Positions 1 through 11,848 of a DNA stretch of 64,000 nucleotides are shown one piece after another. The DNA is taken from the NCBI RefSeq assembly GCF_009914755.1, contig NC_060942.1; one strand, 5' to 3'. The position numbers and the translations under genes are program-made. The first letter of the stretch is position 1, and each line of letters begins with the position of its first letter. The notes under the pieces are model-generated. The model was not told the DNA's origin, searched no databases, and saw only the letters and a list, made by a program, of their open reading frames with translations. This DNA is from the human T2T-CHM13v2.0 reference genome, Homo sapiens.

Positions 1-908
1 CTACTCCTGAATCACATTGCAGTAAAGAATACCTTTAAGTCAGAAATCGAGAAATTCTTTGAAACTAATGAAAACAAAAATACAACATACTAGACTCTCT
101 AGGACACAGTTAAAGCAGTGTTAAGAAAGTTTATAGTGCCAAACACCTACATGAAGAAGTTAGAAAGATCTCAAATTAACAAGCTAACATCACATCTAGA
201 AGAACTAGAAAAACAAGAGCAAACCAAGAGCTAGCAGAACAAAATAAATAACCAAAATCCGAGCTGAAGTGAATAAAATTGAGGCATAAAAATCCATACG
301 AAAGATTAGCAAAACTAAATGTAGGTTCTTCAAAAGAATAAACAACAATGATTGCTACCTAGATTACTAAAAGAAAAAGTGAGAAGATCTAAATAAACAC
401 AATCAGAAATGACAAAGCATTACCACCTACCCCACAGAAATGTTAAAATACCCCTGAGACTATTATGAATACCTCTATACACACAAACTAGAAAACCAAG
501 AAGAAATGGATAAATTCCTGGAAAAAATACAACCTCCCATATTGAACCAGGAAGAAACTGAAATCCTGAATAGACCAATAAAGAGTTCCAAAATTGAATC
601 AGTAATAATAAAAAACTTTCTAACCATAAGAAGCCCAGGACCAGACGGATTCACAGCTGAATTCTACCAGAGGTACAAAGAAGAACTGGTTCCAATCCTA
701 CTAAAATTATTCCAAAAAATTGAGGAAGAGGGACTCCTCCTAAGTCATTCTATGAGACCAGAATCTTTCTGATACCAAAACCTGGCAGAGACAAAAGAAA
801 AAAAGAAAACTTCAGGCCAATATTCCTGATGAACTTAGACTCCAAAATACTCAGCAAAATACTAGTAAACCAAAACCAGCAGCACAACAAAAAGCCCATC
901 TACCACTA
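1..908 (+). mobile_element. LINE-1 (old L1PA, about L1PA13-16) ORF2 remnant, part 5' of the THE1B insertion; runs off the window start
   Basis: ORF 506-772 translates to MDKFLE...[35 protein letters not shown], a hallmark L1 ORF2 peptide; many stops and frameshifts. Confidence 0.95.
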
Positions 909-1334
909 TGATGTGGTTTGGCCGTGTCCACACCCAAATCTCATCTTGAATTGTAGCTCCAATAATTCCCATGTGTTGTGGGAGGGACCCTGTGAGGGAT
1001 ACTTGAATCATGGGTGGCAGTGGGGAGGGGGGTCCTTTCCTGTGCTGTTCTCAGGATAGTGAATGAGTCTCATGACATCTGATGGTTTTTATAAAGGGGA
1101 CTTCTCCTGCACATACTCTCTCTTGCCTGCTACCATGTAAGATGTGACTGCTCCTCATTCTCCTGCTGCCATGTAAGACATGACTTTGCTCCTCATTTGC
1201 CTTCCAACATGTTTGTGAGGCCTCCCAAGCCATGTGGAACTGTGAGTCAATTATTAATTATTTACAAAATTTCCTTTATCAATTACCCAGTCTCAGGTAT
1301 GTCTTTATTAGCAGGGTGAGAACAGACTAATCCA
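909..1334 (+). repeat. THE1B 5' LTR (426 bp, lengthened by internal duplication)
   Basis: Matches recalled THE1B consensus and the 3' LTR; the CCTGC..CCATGTAAGA..TGACT..GCTCCTCATT block occurs twice at about 1126-1198. Confidence 0.93.
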
Positions 1335-2916
1335 GTAAATTGATACTGGTAGAATGGTGTGCTGCTGCAAACATACCCAAAATGTGGAAGTGACTTTGAA
1401 GGTAACAGGCAGAGGTTGGAACAGTTTGGAGGGCTCAGAAGAAGATAGGAAAATGTGGGACAGTTTGGAACTTCCTAGAGACTTGGAAGGCTCAGAAGAC
1501 GGGAAGATGTGGGAAAGTTTAGAACTTCCTAGACACTTGTTGAATGGCTTTGACCAAAATGCTGATAGTGATATAGACAATAAAGTCCAGGCTGACGTGT
1601 TCTCAGATGGAGATGAGGAATGTATTGGAACAAAGGTGACTCTTGCTGTGATTTGGCAAAGACACTGGTGGTGTTTTCCCATGCACTAGAGATATGTGGA
1701 ACTTTGAACTTGACAGAGATGATTTGGGGTATCTGGTGGAAGAAATTTCTAAGCAGCAAAGCATTCAAGAGGAAGCACAGCATAAAAGTTTGGAAAATTT
1801 GAAGGCTGATGATACAATAGAAAAGAAAAACCCATTTTCTGGGAAGGAATTCAAGCCAGTTGCAGACATTTGCATAAGTAATGAGGAGTCCAATGTTAAT
1901 CACCAAAACAATGAGAAAAATGTCTCCAGGGCATGCCAGAGGCCTTCATGGCAACCCCTCCCATCACAGGACCTGAAGCCTAAAAGGAAAAAATGGTTTC
2001 CTAGGCCAGGTCTAGGGCCCCTGCTGTGTGCAGCCTAGAAACTTGGTGCCCTACACCACAGCTGCTCCAGCCATGGCTAAAAGGGGTCAAGGTACATACA
2101 GCTTAGGTGGTGGTTTCAGAGGGTGCAAGACCCAAGCCTTGGCAGTTTCCATGTAATGTTGAGCCTGCAGGTACACAGAAGTCAAGAATTGAGGTGTGAG
2201 AACCTCTGCCTAGATTTCAGAGGATGTATGGAAACACTTGTATGTCCAGGCAGATGTTTGCTGCAGGGGCAGGGCACTCATGGAGAACCTCTGCTAGGGC
2301 AGTACAGAAGGGAAATATGGGGTTTGAGCCCCCAAACAGAGTGCCCACTGGGACACTGCCTAGTGGAGCTGTGAGAAGAGGGCCACCATCCTCCAGAACT
2401 CAGAATGGTAGGTCCACCTATAGCTTGCACTGTGCACCTAGAAAAGTCACAGACACTCAACATCAGCACATGAAAGCAGCCAGGAGTGGGGCTGTACCTT
2501 GCAAAGCCACAGGGGCAAAGCTGCCCAAGACCATGAGAACCCACCTCTTGCATCACTGTGACCTAGATGTGAGACATGGAGTCAAAGGAGATCATTTTGG
2601 AGCTTTAAGATTTGACTGCCTCACTGGATTTCACACTTGCATGGGGTCTGTAGCCCTTTGTTTTGACAAATATCTTTCATTTGGAACGGCTGTATTTACC
2701 CAATGCCTGAACCCCCATTGTATCTAGGAAGTAACCAACTTGCTTTTGATTTTACAGGCTCATAGGCAGAAGGGACTTGCTTTGTCTCAGATGAGGCTTT
2801 GGGCTGTGGAATTTTAAGTTAATGCTGAAATTAGTTAAGACTTTAAGGGACTGTTGGGGAGGCATGATTGGTTTCAAAATGTGATGACATGATATTTGGG
2901 AGGGGCCGGGGTGGAA
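1335..2916 (+). mobile_element. THE1B internal region with decayed MaLR ORF
   Basis: ORF fragments 1354-1689, 1694-2038 and 2224-2727 (NVEVTLK..GRGWNSLEGSEEDRKMW; WNFELDRDDLGYLVEEISKQQSIQE; MYGNTCMSRQMFAAGAG) are typical THE1/MST-internal peptides. Confidence 0.92.
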
Positions 2917-3279
2917 TGATATGGTTTGGCTATGTCCCCACCCAAATCTTATCTTGAATTGTAGCTCCCCAAATCCCCAAGTGTCATGGGAGGGACCTGG
3001 TGAGAGGTAATTGAATCATGGGGGCGGGTCTTTCCCATGCTGTTCTTGTGATAGTGAATAAGTCTCACAAGATCTGATGGTTTTATAAAGGGGAGTTCCC
3101 CTACACAATGCTCTCTTGCCTACCATCATGTAAGACGTGACTTTTTTTCTCATTGCCTTCTGCCATGATTGTGAGGCCTCCCCAGCCATGGGGACTGTGA
3201 GTCAATTAAACCTCTTTCCTTTATAAATTACCCAGTCTCAAGTATATCTTTATTAGCAACTTGAGAACAGACTAATACA
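2917..3279 (+). repeat. THE1B 3' LTR (363 bp)
   Basis: TGATATGGTTTGGCT...GAGAACAGACTAATACA; TATA-like TTTATAAAG near 3083. Confidence 0.95.
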
Positions 3280-3284
3280 CACTA

Positions 3285-5650
3285 TCAAGTAGGCTTTATT
3301 CCTGGGATGCAAGTTTGGTTCAACATATGAAAATCAAAAAATGTGATTCATCACATAAACAGAACTAAAAACAAAAACCACATGAGCATCTCAATAGATG
3401 CAGAAAAGGCTTTTGACAAGATTCAACATCCCTTTCATCCCTTTGTGTTAAAAACCCTCAACGAACTAGACATCAAAGGAACACACCTCAAAATAACAAG
3501 AGCCAATAATGGCAACCACGGCAACATCATCTTGAATGGGCAAAAGCTGGAAACATTCCTCTTGAGAACTGGAACAAGACAAAGATGTCTACTTTCACCA
3601 CTAATATTCAACATAGTACTGTAATTTCTAGCCAGAGCAATCAGGGCAGAGAAAGAAATAAAAGGCATCCAAATACAAAGAGAAGAAGTTAAAGTACCTC
3701 TTAGCAGACAATATGATTCTATACCTAGAAAACCCCACAGTCTCTGCCCAAAGGCTTGTAGAACTGATAAACAACTTAAGTAAAGTTTCGAAATCAAATG
3801 CACACAAATCAGCAGCATTTCTGTACACCAATAATGTCCAAGCTGAGAGCCAAATCAGGAATGCAATCCTATTCACAATAGCCCCCCCAAAATAATAAAA
3901 TACCTACAACTATAGCTAACCAGTATGATGAAAGAGCTCTACCAGAAGAATTACAAAACATTGCTGAAATAAATCAGAGATGACACAAATAAATGGAAAA
4001 ACATTCCATGCTCATGGATAGGAAAAATGAATATTGTTAGAATAGCCATACTGCCCAAAGCAATTCACCAATTTGGTGCTATTCCTATCAAACTACCAGC
4101 GTAATTTTGTCATAGAATTTATACAAAATTATTCTAAAATTCATATGGAACTAAAAAGAGCCCAAATAGCCAAAGCAATCCTATGCAAAAGGAACAAAGC
4201 TGAAGCCATCACATTACCTGACTTCAAAGTATACTACAAGGCTGCAGTAACCAAAAAAATATGATATTGGTACAAAAACAGACACATAGACCAATGTAAT
4301 AGGTCAGATAACCCAGAAGTAAAGCCACACACCTACAACCATCGGATGTTTGATAATGTTGACAAAAAACAAGCAATGGGGAAAGGACTCCCTATTAAGC
4401 AAATGATGCTGGGATAGCTGGCTAGCCATACACAGAAGATTGAAACTAGACCTCTTTGTTTCATCATATACAAAAATCTAGTTAAAATGGGTTAAAGACT
4501 TAAATACAAGACCTAGAATTATAAAAACCATTGAAAAAAAACCTAGGAAATACCACTGTGGACACAGACCTTGGCAAAGATTTCATGATGAAATCTCCAA
4601 CATCAACTGCAACAAAAACAAAAATAGACAAGAGGGACCTAATTAAACTAAAGAGCTTCTGCACAGAAAAATAAACTAATACAGTAAACATAAAACCTAC
4701 AAAATGGGAGAAAATACTTGCAAACTATGCATCTGATAAGGGTCTAATATCCAAAATCTATAAGGAACTGAAGCAAATCAACAAGCAATAAACAAGGAAC
4801 CCCATTAAAAATGGGAAAAGGACACAAACAGATTTTTCTCAAAAGAAGACATACACACGGTCAACAAGCTATGAAAAATACTCAACATCATTAATCATTA
4901 GAGACATACAAATGAAAACCACAATGAGATACCATCTCCCACCACCAGTCAGAATGGCTATTACTGAAAAGGCAAAAAATTAACAGATGTTGGCAAGGCT
5001 GTGGAGAAAGAAGAATGCTTATTTACTTCTGGTAATGTAAATGAGTTCAGCCACTGTGGAAAGCAGTTTAGAGATATATCAAAGAACTTAAAACAGAACT
5101 ACATTTGACCTTGCAATCCCATTACTTGGTGTATACTGAAAGGAAAATAAATTTTCCACCAAAAAGACACATGCACCCATATATTTATCACAGCATTATT
5201 CACAATAGGGAAGACATAGTATCAACCTAGATGTCCATCACTGGCGGACTGGATAAAGAAAATCTGGTATATATACACCATGGAATGCTATATAGTCATA
5301 AAAGAGAACAAAATCATATCCTTTGGAGTAACATGGATGTAGCTGGAGGCCATAATACTACCTGAATAAACATAGGAACAGAAAACCAAATACCACGTAA
5401 GTGGGGGCTAAATATTGAGTATATGTGGACACAAAGAACGGAACAATAGCCACTGGGGCCTGCTTGAGGAAAGAGGATGGGAGAAAGGTGAGAGCTGAAA
5501 AACTTCCTCTCAGGTACTATACCTACTACCTGAATGACTAAATCATTTGTACAAAAAACCCCAATGACATGCAATTTACTCATGCAACAAACCTGAATGT
5601 GTACCCTCTGAACCTAAAGTAACAGCTGAAATAAAAAGAAAAAGAAAACA
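3285..5650 (+). mobile_element. Continuation of the same L1PA: RT domain, ORF2 C-terminus, 3'UTR and A-rich tail
   Basis: ORFs [38 protein letters not shown] and ITLPDFKVYYKA; L1PA13-16-type 3'UTR; A-rich tail about 5628-5650. Confidence 0.95.
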
Positions 5651-5675
5651 TTCTGAGATAATGACTACATATCAA

Positions 5676-5730
5676 ACTTGGACTCACTTTTATACAAGTT
5701 TGTACTCACTTGGACTCACTTTTATACAAG
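5676..5730 (+). repeat. 23-bp perfect direct repeat with 9-bp spacer
   Basis: ACTTGGACTCACTTTTATACAAG at 5676-5698 and 5708-5730. Confidence 0.9.
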
Positions 5731-8120
5731 CCAAAAGTGAACAAGGCAAAAGAAGACAAGGCCCTATTGCTATAATCAATACTACTGGGCAATTTGCTGA
5801 AAAATATTTGGTATTGAGTAGATCAAATAATTTGGTGGCTGGATTGTTTGAGGTTTTTTTCCAATTTTTTAACAAGTTGTGATGATTTTTCTGAAAACAC
5901 AAGTCAATCATTATTTCACTAAGTTACTTCTACTCAGCTATCTACTTTTAAATGTTACTTTGGATAAAATCAGGCTTAGTCTATAGATCAACTGGCTTAT
6001 ATGGATCTTTCCAATGGGTTTGGCTTGATAATATATAGAGTTGTCTATTAACTTATACTATTTTTCAGGTCAAAAAATAAATTCTGAGATGCCTATAAGA
6101 GAATGAAAATTGGCACAGGTTGGCTTTGAAGACAAAAAGAAGAATCTTCTAGAGCTCTTGACTGGTAACAATCAGCTTATTAACCTAAACCTTTTCCTAA
6201 TATTCCTCTTAAAAGTGTGAGTTTCACCCTAGAGAAGGAAGTTATATTTATATTGGACATGAGAGAAAATTCTTATATAAATTCTTGGCTGAACTAGGTC
6301 CATAGAAAAGAAAAAACATCTCAGGTATAAAAATAAAGTGTGGTGGTAGAAGTACACTCTGTACCGTAATAGCTATTTCACACTTTCAGAAAGTTGATTC
6401 CAGCATGGTTTCTAATTACAAGAGAGAGACATAAGCTAATTAGTTATTGAGTCTCTATGTTCTTCTTTAAGGAAAGCCATCGATCTTTACCCTCAGAAAT
6501 TTATTTTTACACAGTCACATGTGCAAACTAGCAGGTGACAGACTACCTGTGTGGGGTGCTCTTTTCAGCTTTGGTCTTTGAAATGAAAATAATCCTACTT
6601 TTACTGACAGGGAGTTTTCAGTTTTCCAAATAGTTTAGAATATAGAAGAGCTCACCAAGTGAACCATATTTAATTATCCATAGCTGGTTACCTATGTAGC
6701 CCTTAAAGGAAATTAATATTAAGGCTTCAAAGACACATGGGATGTCTTTTAACTGTGCCCCTTTAAATCTTGGTGGCAAGAGTCCTGTGGCTTGAATTAT
6801 GTGTATTATTACCTTCAAAATGCTGATACAATAAAAACCCAGATAAGAAGGTTTAAGAAGAAATATATTGGCCACAATAAGCTTGATAGGAGATTATACG
6901 TGCTTCAGAATTGAAGGTGCTTTAGTTTGAGTACAACTAATTTGGAACCTTGTGTGCTTCTAGTCCAAGGGTGTGTTTATTACGTTAAAAACAAGATAGA
7001 TTAATATTTATACATTCTACAATTTGCAATTAAATAAAATGAAATTTTTTACACAGAATATTTTAATGCCTATAGGTTTTTAATCCTTTATTTCATTACA
7101 TTACTAAAATTTCTGACTGACAAAACATATAGTAAGTGTTCATTGGGGCATCTGTGGAAGTAGAGTTATATTTGGGATCTGACTAATATACCTAATGACC
7201 AAGGCTGGATTGTACATGAGTCCAATTCCTTACCCTGGTTTTTGGCAGTGAGAAAAGGGAGGGAGACAAATCCCCCTAAACCACAGCTTGCCAAGCCTCC
7301 TCTTCCTGGTATCTTACTCTTGCTGCCTGCTGAGCTTTCTATGGATGAGGGTAACTTTTCCCAGTAGGAGGAAACCCAGGATATTCTGCCATATCAGCAG
7401 CATGAGATTTCATGAGAATGCATCATTCACTAGAAAGACATTTCACACTCATGCCAGCAGTTGTACCATCTTTGCTACTCCCATAGAAGGCTCTGTTTAC
7501 TTGTGTTATAACCCAGATTTGATTTTTCCATGTTTTTATTAGGGAAGTACATTAAAGAGAAGGAGTCTTGGTCTCTCGAATATGATTCTGACTGGTATTG
7601 ACTCTCCTCCCTATTTGGCACTTTTTATTTAGCTGAGTGGTCTTAAATGGTAAACCAAAGGTCTTCCTGTTCCCCTTGCAGCACGAGATGGACATTGTGC
7701 CATAAAAGCCTTTTCAGCATTGTGCAAGGTTATCCCTGACATTCCTGGGACCAAAAAGATGGACAGTTCAGTCCCACAGATCTTCAAAAAACTTTATTGA
7801 AATAAAATTTTTAACCTGCTTCTCAGGCTTTCCCTAGCCTTTCAGATCTCCAAACCAAAGTTCCTTTGATTATTCCTACCTCAGTTTTTAATCAGATCAG
7901 CTTTATTAAACAAGGTCATAGTATGACTGAGAGGTAACATCATAATCTGAAAGATACAAATCATCTCCATAAAACATCCCAAATATATCCCATCTGAGGA
8001 TACCACAAATCCTTTCCCTTCTTCTAGTTACTCTCTTATTCTCACATAGAAATTAACTAATACACTAAGTGTCAGAAACTGGCAAAAGCATCTAACGTAG
8101 CATTTTCATAGCCAATTCTT

Positions 8121-8488
8121 TTCTTTCCAGCTTTTATTTTAGGTTCAGGGGTATATGTGCAGGTTTGTTACATGGGTAACTTGTGTGTCACAAGGGTTTG
8201 GTGTACAGATTATTTCACCACCCAGGTACTAAGCATAGCACCCAATAAGTAGTTTTTCGAGTTTCATCCTCCTCCCATCTTCCACCCTCAAGTGGTCCCT
8301 GGTGGCTATTTTTCATTCTTTGCATCCATGTGTTTACGGAGCAGTATTTAGATCCCACAAGTAAGAACATGTGGTATTTGGTTTTCTGTTCCTGCATTAA
8401 TTCACTTAGGATGATGGCCTCCAGCTGCATCCACGTTGCTGCGAAGAACATGATTTTATTCATTTTATGGCTGCATAGTATTCCATGG
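8121..8488 (-). mobile_element. 5'-truncated old L1PA 3' end
   Basis: Reverse L1 3'UTR (TTTTAGGTTCAGGGGTATATGTGCAGGTTTGTTACATGGG...); ORF 8215-8499 FAATWMQLEAIILSEL; degenerate TSD TTCATAGCCAATTCTT (8105-8120) / TTCATACCCAAATTTT (8489-8504). Confidence 0.92.
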
Positions 8489-8780
8489 TTCATACCCAAA
8501 TTTTGATCTTTCTCCTACTCCAAATCTGCTGCAGCCATATCTTTCCCCACTAGGTAGATGATTATTCCTTCCTGTCAGTTGTTCACACCAAACCCCCCTT
8601 ATTCCAGTCTTTCACATTGCACATCAATTCATCCTATTACTTTGCCTTTGATATACCAAACTCCAGCCACTGCACCTCATCCCCACTGCTACCACACTCG
8701 ACAGAGCCTTCTACCTTGCTTCCTGTTTTCTACTCTACACACAAACTCAAGAATTACCCATTTAAAATACATCAAATCTA

Positions 8781-9106
8781 TGATAAGCAACTTCCCATTC
8801 TCCACCCCCCAACTCTCCCACCCCTGGCCTCTAGTCACCACCATTCTACTCTCTACTTCAATGAGTTCAACTTTACTAGATTCCATATATAAGTGAGATC
8901 ATGCAGTATTTGTCTCTTTGAGCCTGGCTTAGCATATTTCATTTAGCATAGTATCCTCCAGATTCATCCATTCATCCATGGTATGGCAAAAAGTAGTATG
9001 TCCCTTTTAAAGGCTGGACGGAGAGTCTGGGTCTCTTCTCGAACAACTGCAGCTGGGATGACTGAAGCCTTGAACATTTCTGTGAATACGTATATTCAGG
9101 GAAATG

Positions 9107-9151
<45 letters not shown>

Positions 9152-9235
9152 CACATATGATATATATACACATATATGATATATATACACACACACATAG
9201 AGCATTTATATATATACACACATATATAGCATTTA

Positions 9236-9266
<31 letters not shown>

Positions 9267-9721
9267 CTCATTGTCTTTATCCATTCATACTACTGATGGA
9301 CACATAGGTTGTTTCCATATCTTGGCTATTGTGAATAATGCTGCAATTAATATAGGAGTTCAGATACCTTTTCAGCATATTGCTTTAAGTTCCTCTGGAT
9401 ATATACCTAGTACTGAAATTATTGGGTCATATGGTAGTTCTATATTTAGTTATTTGAGGAAGTTGCTAATCAAAGGGTGCAAAGCTTCATATAAACAAGA
9501 AGACTAGATTTTAAGATTTAATGCATACCAGAGTTACTATAGTCAATAATTAGGTATTATATACTTCAAAATAACTAAGAGGTCAAATTTCAAATGGTTC
9601 ACCATAAAAAATAAGTAAGCCAGATGATAGATATGGCTAATAATCCTGATTTAATGACGTGACATTGTACACGTATTTCAAAATATCACATTGAACTCTT
9701 TAAATATATACAAAAATAAAT
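8781..9721. mobile_element. L1MA (about MA8-10) 3' end with 5' inversion: minus 8781-9460, plus 9458-9721
   Basis: Orientation switch at about 9458; both arms share GGAAGTTGCT(T/A)ATCA; degenerate TSD AAAATACATCAAATCTATG (8764-8782) / AAAATGTCAAATCATG (9722-9737). Confidence 0.85.
9107..9266. repeat. Compound microsatellite (CT)n(AT)n...(AC)n...(GT)n
   Basis: Read directly from the sequence. Confidence 0.95.
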
Positions 9722-10206
9722 AAAATGTCAAATCATGTCATCCCTTCACTCAGATTTCTCATATATCTCCCTATTTTATTAAAGTAAAATTCAAAAATCC
9801 TTATGGTTGCTTACAATATTCCTCAATACCTTCCAGACCTCAATTCCCCTACTCTTTCCCATCACTCTGGTCCAGCCACAATGGCCTCTTGTGTTCCTCT
9901 AACACCCTACATACCTCTATCTGGAATGCTCACCCGAGCAAAACCTTTCCCAGAAAGCTAACTCTTCCAATCACTGTTTGAATGTCACTTTCTACTTGAA
10001 GCCTCCCATAGTGCCCTATTCAATACTGCAACCTGCCTCCAGATCTTCATCCTGGTGTCCTAATCCTCCTTATGCTATTCTGTTTTTCCATAGTACATAC
10101 TTTATTTTGCTATACTTATTGTATGTTGTTTGTCACATCCCACTGGAACCTAAGCTCCAGAGTACAAGAATCTCAACTGTAAGCACATAGAACAATGCCT
10201 GATGCT

Positions 10207-10530
10207 GGTTGGGCATGGTGGCTCATGCCGGTAATACCAGCACTTTGGAAGGCGGAGGCGGGAGGATCACCTGTGGTTGGGAGTTCAAGACCAGCCTGAC
10301 TAACATGGAGAAACCCCATCTCTACTAAAAATACAAAATTAGCTAGGTGTGGTGGTGGGTGCCTGTAATCCCAGCTACTTGGGAGGCTGAGGCAGGAGAA
10401 TCACTTGAACCCAGGAGGCGGAGGTTGCGGTGAGCCTAGATTGCACCATTGCACTCCAGTCTGGGCAATAAGAGTGAAACTCCGTCTCAAAAACAACAAA
10501 AAATAAAAATAAAAATAAAAAATAAAAAAA
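10207..10530 (+). mobile_element. Alu (AluSp-like), full length
   Basis: Dimeric Alu with Sp-type diagnostics AACATGGAGAAACCCC and AATAAGAGTGAAACTCC; long A-rich tail. Confidence 0.95.
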
Positions 10531-11807
10531 TAATTCCTGACATAATGTAGGCATCCTCCAAATACCAGTTGAAAAGATTTTCTTATTACATGGCTCAGTC
10601 CCAGCTTGACGAGGGTCTGACCCCATTCCTGGATGGAGTCTGGGTCTCTTCTTGAACTGCAACTGGGGTGACTGAAGCCTTGAACACTTCCATTTGAACT
10701 TATGATGGACTTCCCCAAATTGAGCACAATCTGTTCAGAGTTCCTGGGAGCTGTCAAAATACATACAAATAACACTCAAAAATTGGAAACACAGGCAAAT
10801 CTCAGCATCACTAAACATGATCAGTTTAGCAGCCTGTAATTTGAGCATGGCTTTATTACCTTAAAATCTAGACCAAGATATCTCACATTTCTGTTTGAGG
10901 TCAATGAGAGATGATAGTCACATATGCAGAATGCTTCTATTTGTATGCATGAGATTATGTACAGTTTTTTTTAACCTAGTATACTACTCCAACAAGTCTT
11001 TTCCTTTATTCTTGGAATTCAGTGTGGAACTGAGAAAAGTCTCTGTTCCAAACTCGTCTCTCTCCCATGAGCAGATTAATCCACATTTATAATGTGTGAG
11101 CCCCTAAATTCCAGGACCTTATATTCTCTATGATCTCAATCCTTAGCTTTTTCAGTATTTCTCTACCAAAATGCCAAGTCATATTGGTTCTGCCATTCCA
11201 TAACTATAATGCTCAGAAATATTTTCAGCTTGTAATTTCCAATTACTAAAGAAGATCCTTCTGTTTATTTCCAGATTTGAGAAGAATCCTTCTCCACGGG
11301 CTTCACAGCTTGCTGTTCTACTCTTGCTTCCTTCTAAGTCCATTTCTTAAGGGACCATGAGAAAATTGCGACGTCAGCATGCTCGCTTAGACTCTGCTTT
11401 CCTCAGCTGTGAAATTCACTGGGCTGTGAGCAATGCTTCCAATTTTGATAATAGCATAAACATGCCTAGATGAACCTCCTTTCCACCTACATCAGGATGT
11501 GACCCTCATTTCTCTGTCCTGGTCCTCTCAAATGTTTCCTGATCTTTTCATCTGGGCTTTGTCAACTTCAAACCACTCAAGTCAGAGTAGGGAGAGCCCC
11601 ATTTTCTGAATTTGTAAGTCTCCTGCCTCTCTACTTGCAGTTTCCCAGTCTCTGTATTGATTTCAACAATAATTTTTTATTGATTGTGTTCTTCCCTCAA
11701 TTCCCAGAGTTCTCCTTTCAAAATCCAAACAACTCTCTGTTCACATGTAAGTAATCAGGCTCAGTAGTCAAGAAAGCTTACAGAGTTTCCTCTGGCTCTA
11801 TTTAACT

Positions 11808-11848
11808 GTTTTGTTGTTGTTGTTTTGTTGTTGTTGTTGTTGTTGTTT
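11808..11848. repeat. (TTG)n microsatellite
   Basis: Read directly from the sequence. Confidence 0.9.

Larger units (their letters stand above)
909..3279 (+). mobile_element. Full-length THE1B (ERVL-MaLR) provirus: LTR-internal-LTR
   Basis: Two LTRs starting TGAT(G/A)TGGTTTGG and ending GACTAAT(C/A)CA; internal region starts GTAAATTG; polypurine tract before the 3' LTR; 5-bp TSD CACTA at 904-908 and 3280-3284. Confidence 0.95.
8505..10206 (+). mobile_element. Decayed L2 3' region, interrupted by the L1MA insertion and ending at the Alu
   Basis: L2-like motifs (AAATCATGTCATCCCTT, CTCTGGTCCAGCCACA, TCTATCTGGAATGCTC, AGCACATAGAACAATGCCTGA) on both sides of the L1MA. Confidence 0.65.

Noticed and set aside
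506-4691. ORFs with reverse-transcriptase and MaLR-like peptides as functional genes
   Set aside because: Short, frameshifted fragments of L1 ORF2 and THE1B-internal sequence; no intact reading frame
8983-9507. 174-aa ORF, the longest in the window
   Set aside because: Runs through dinucleotide microsatellites and antisense L1; low-complexity artefact
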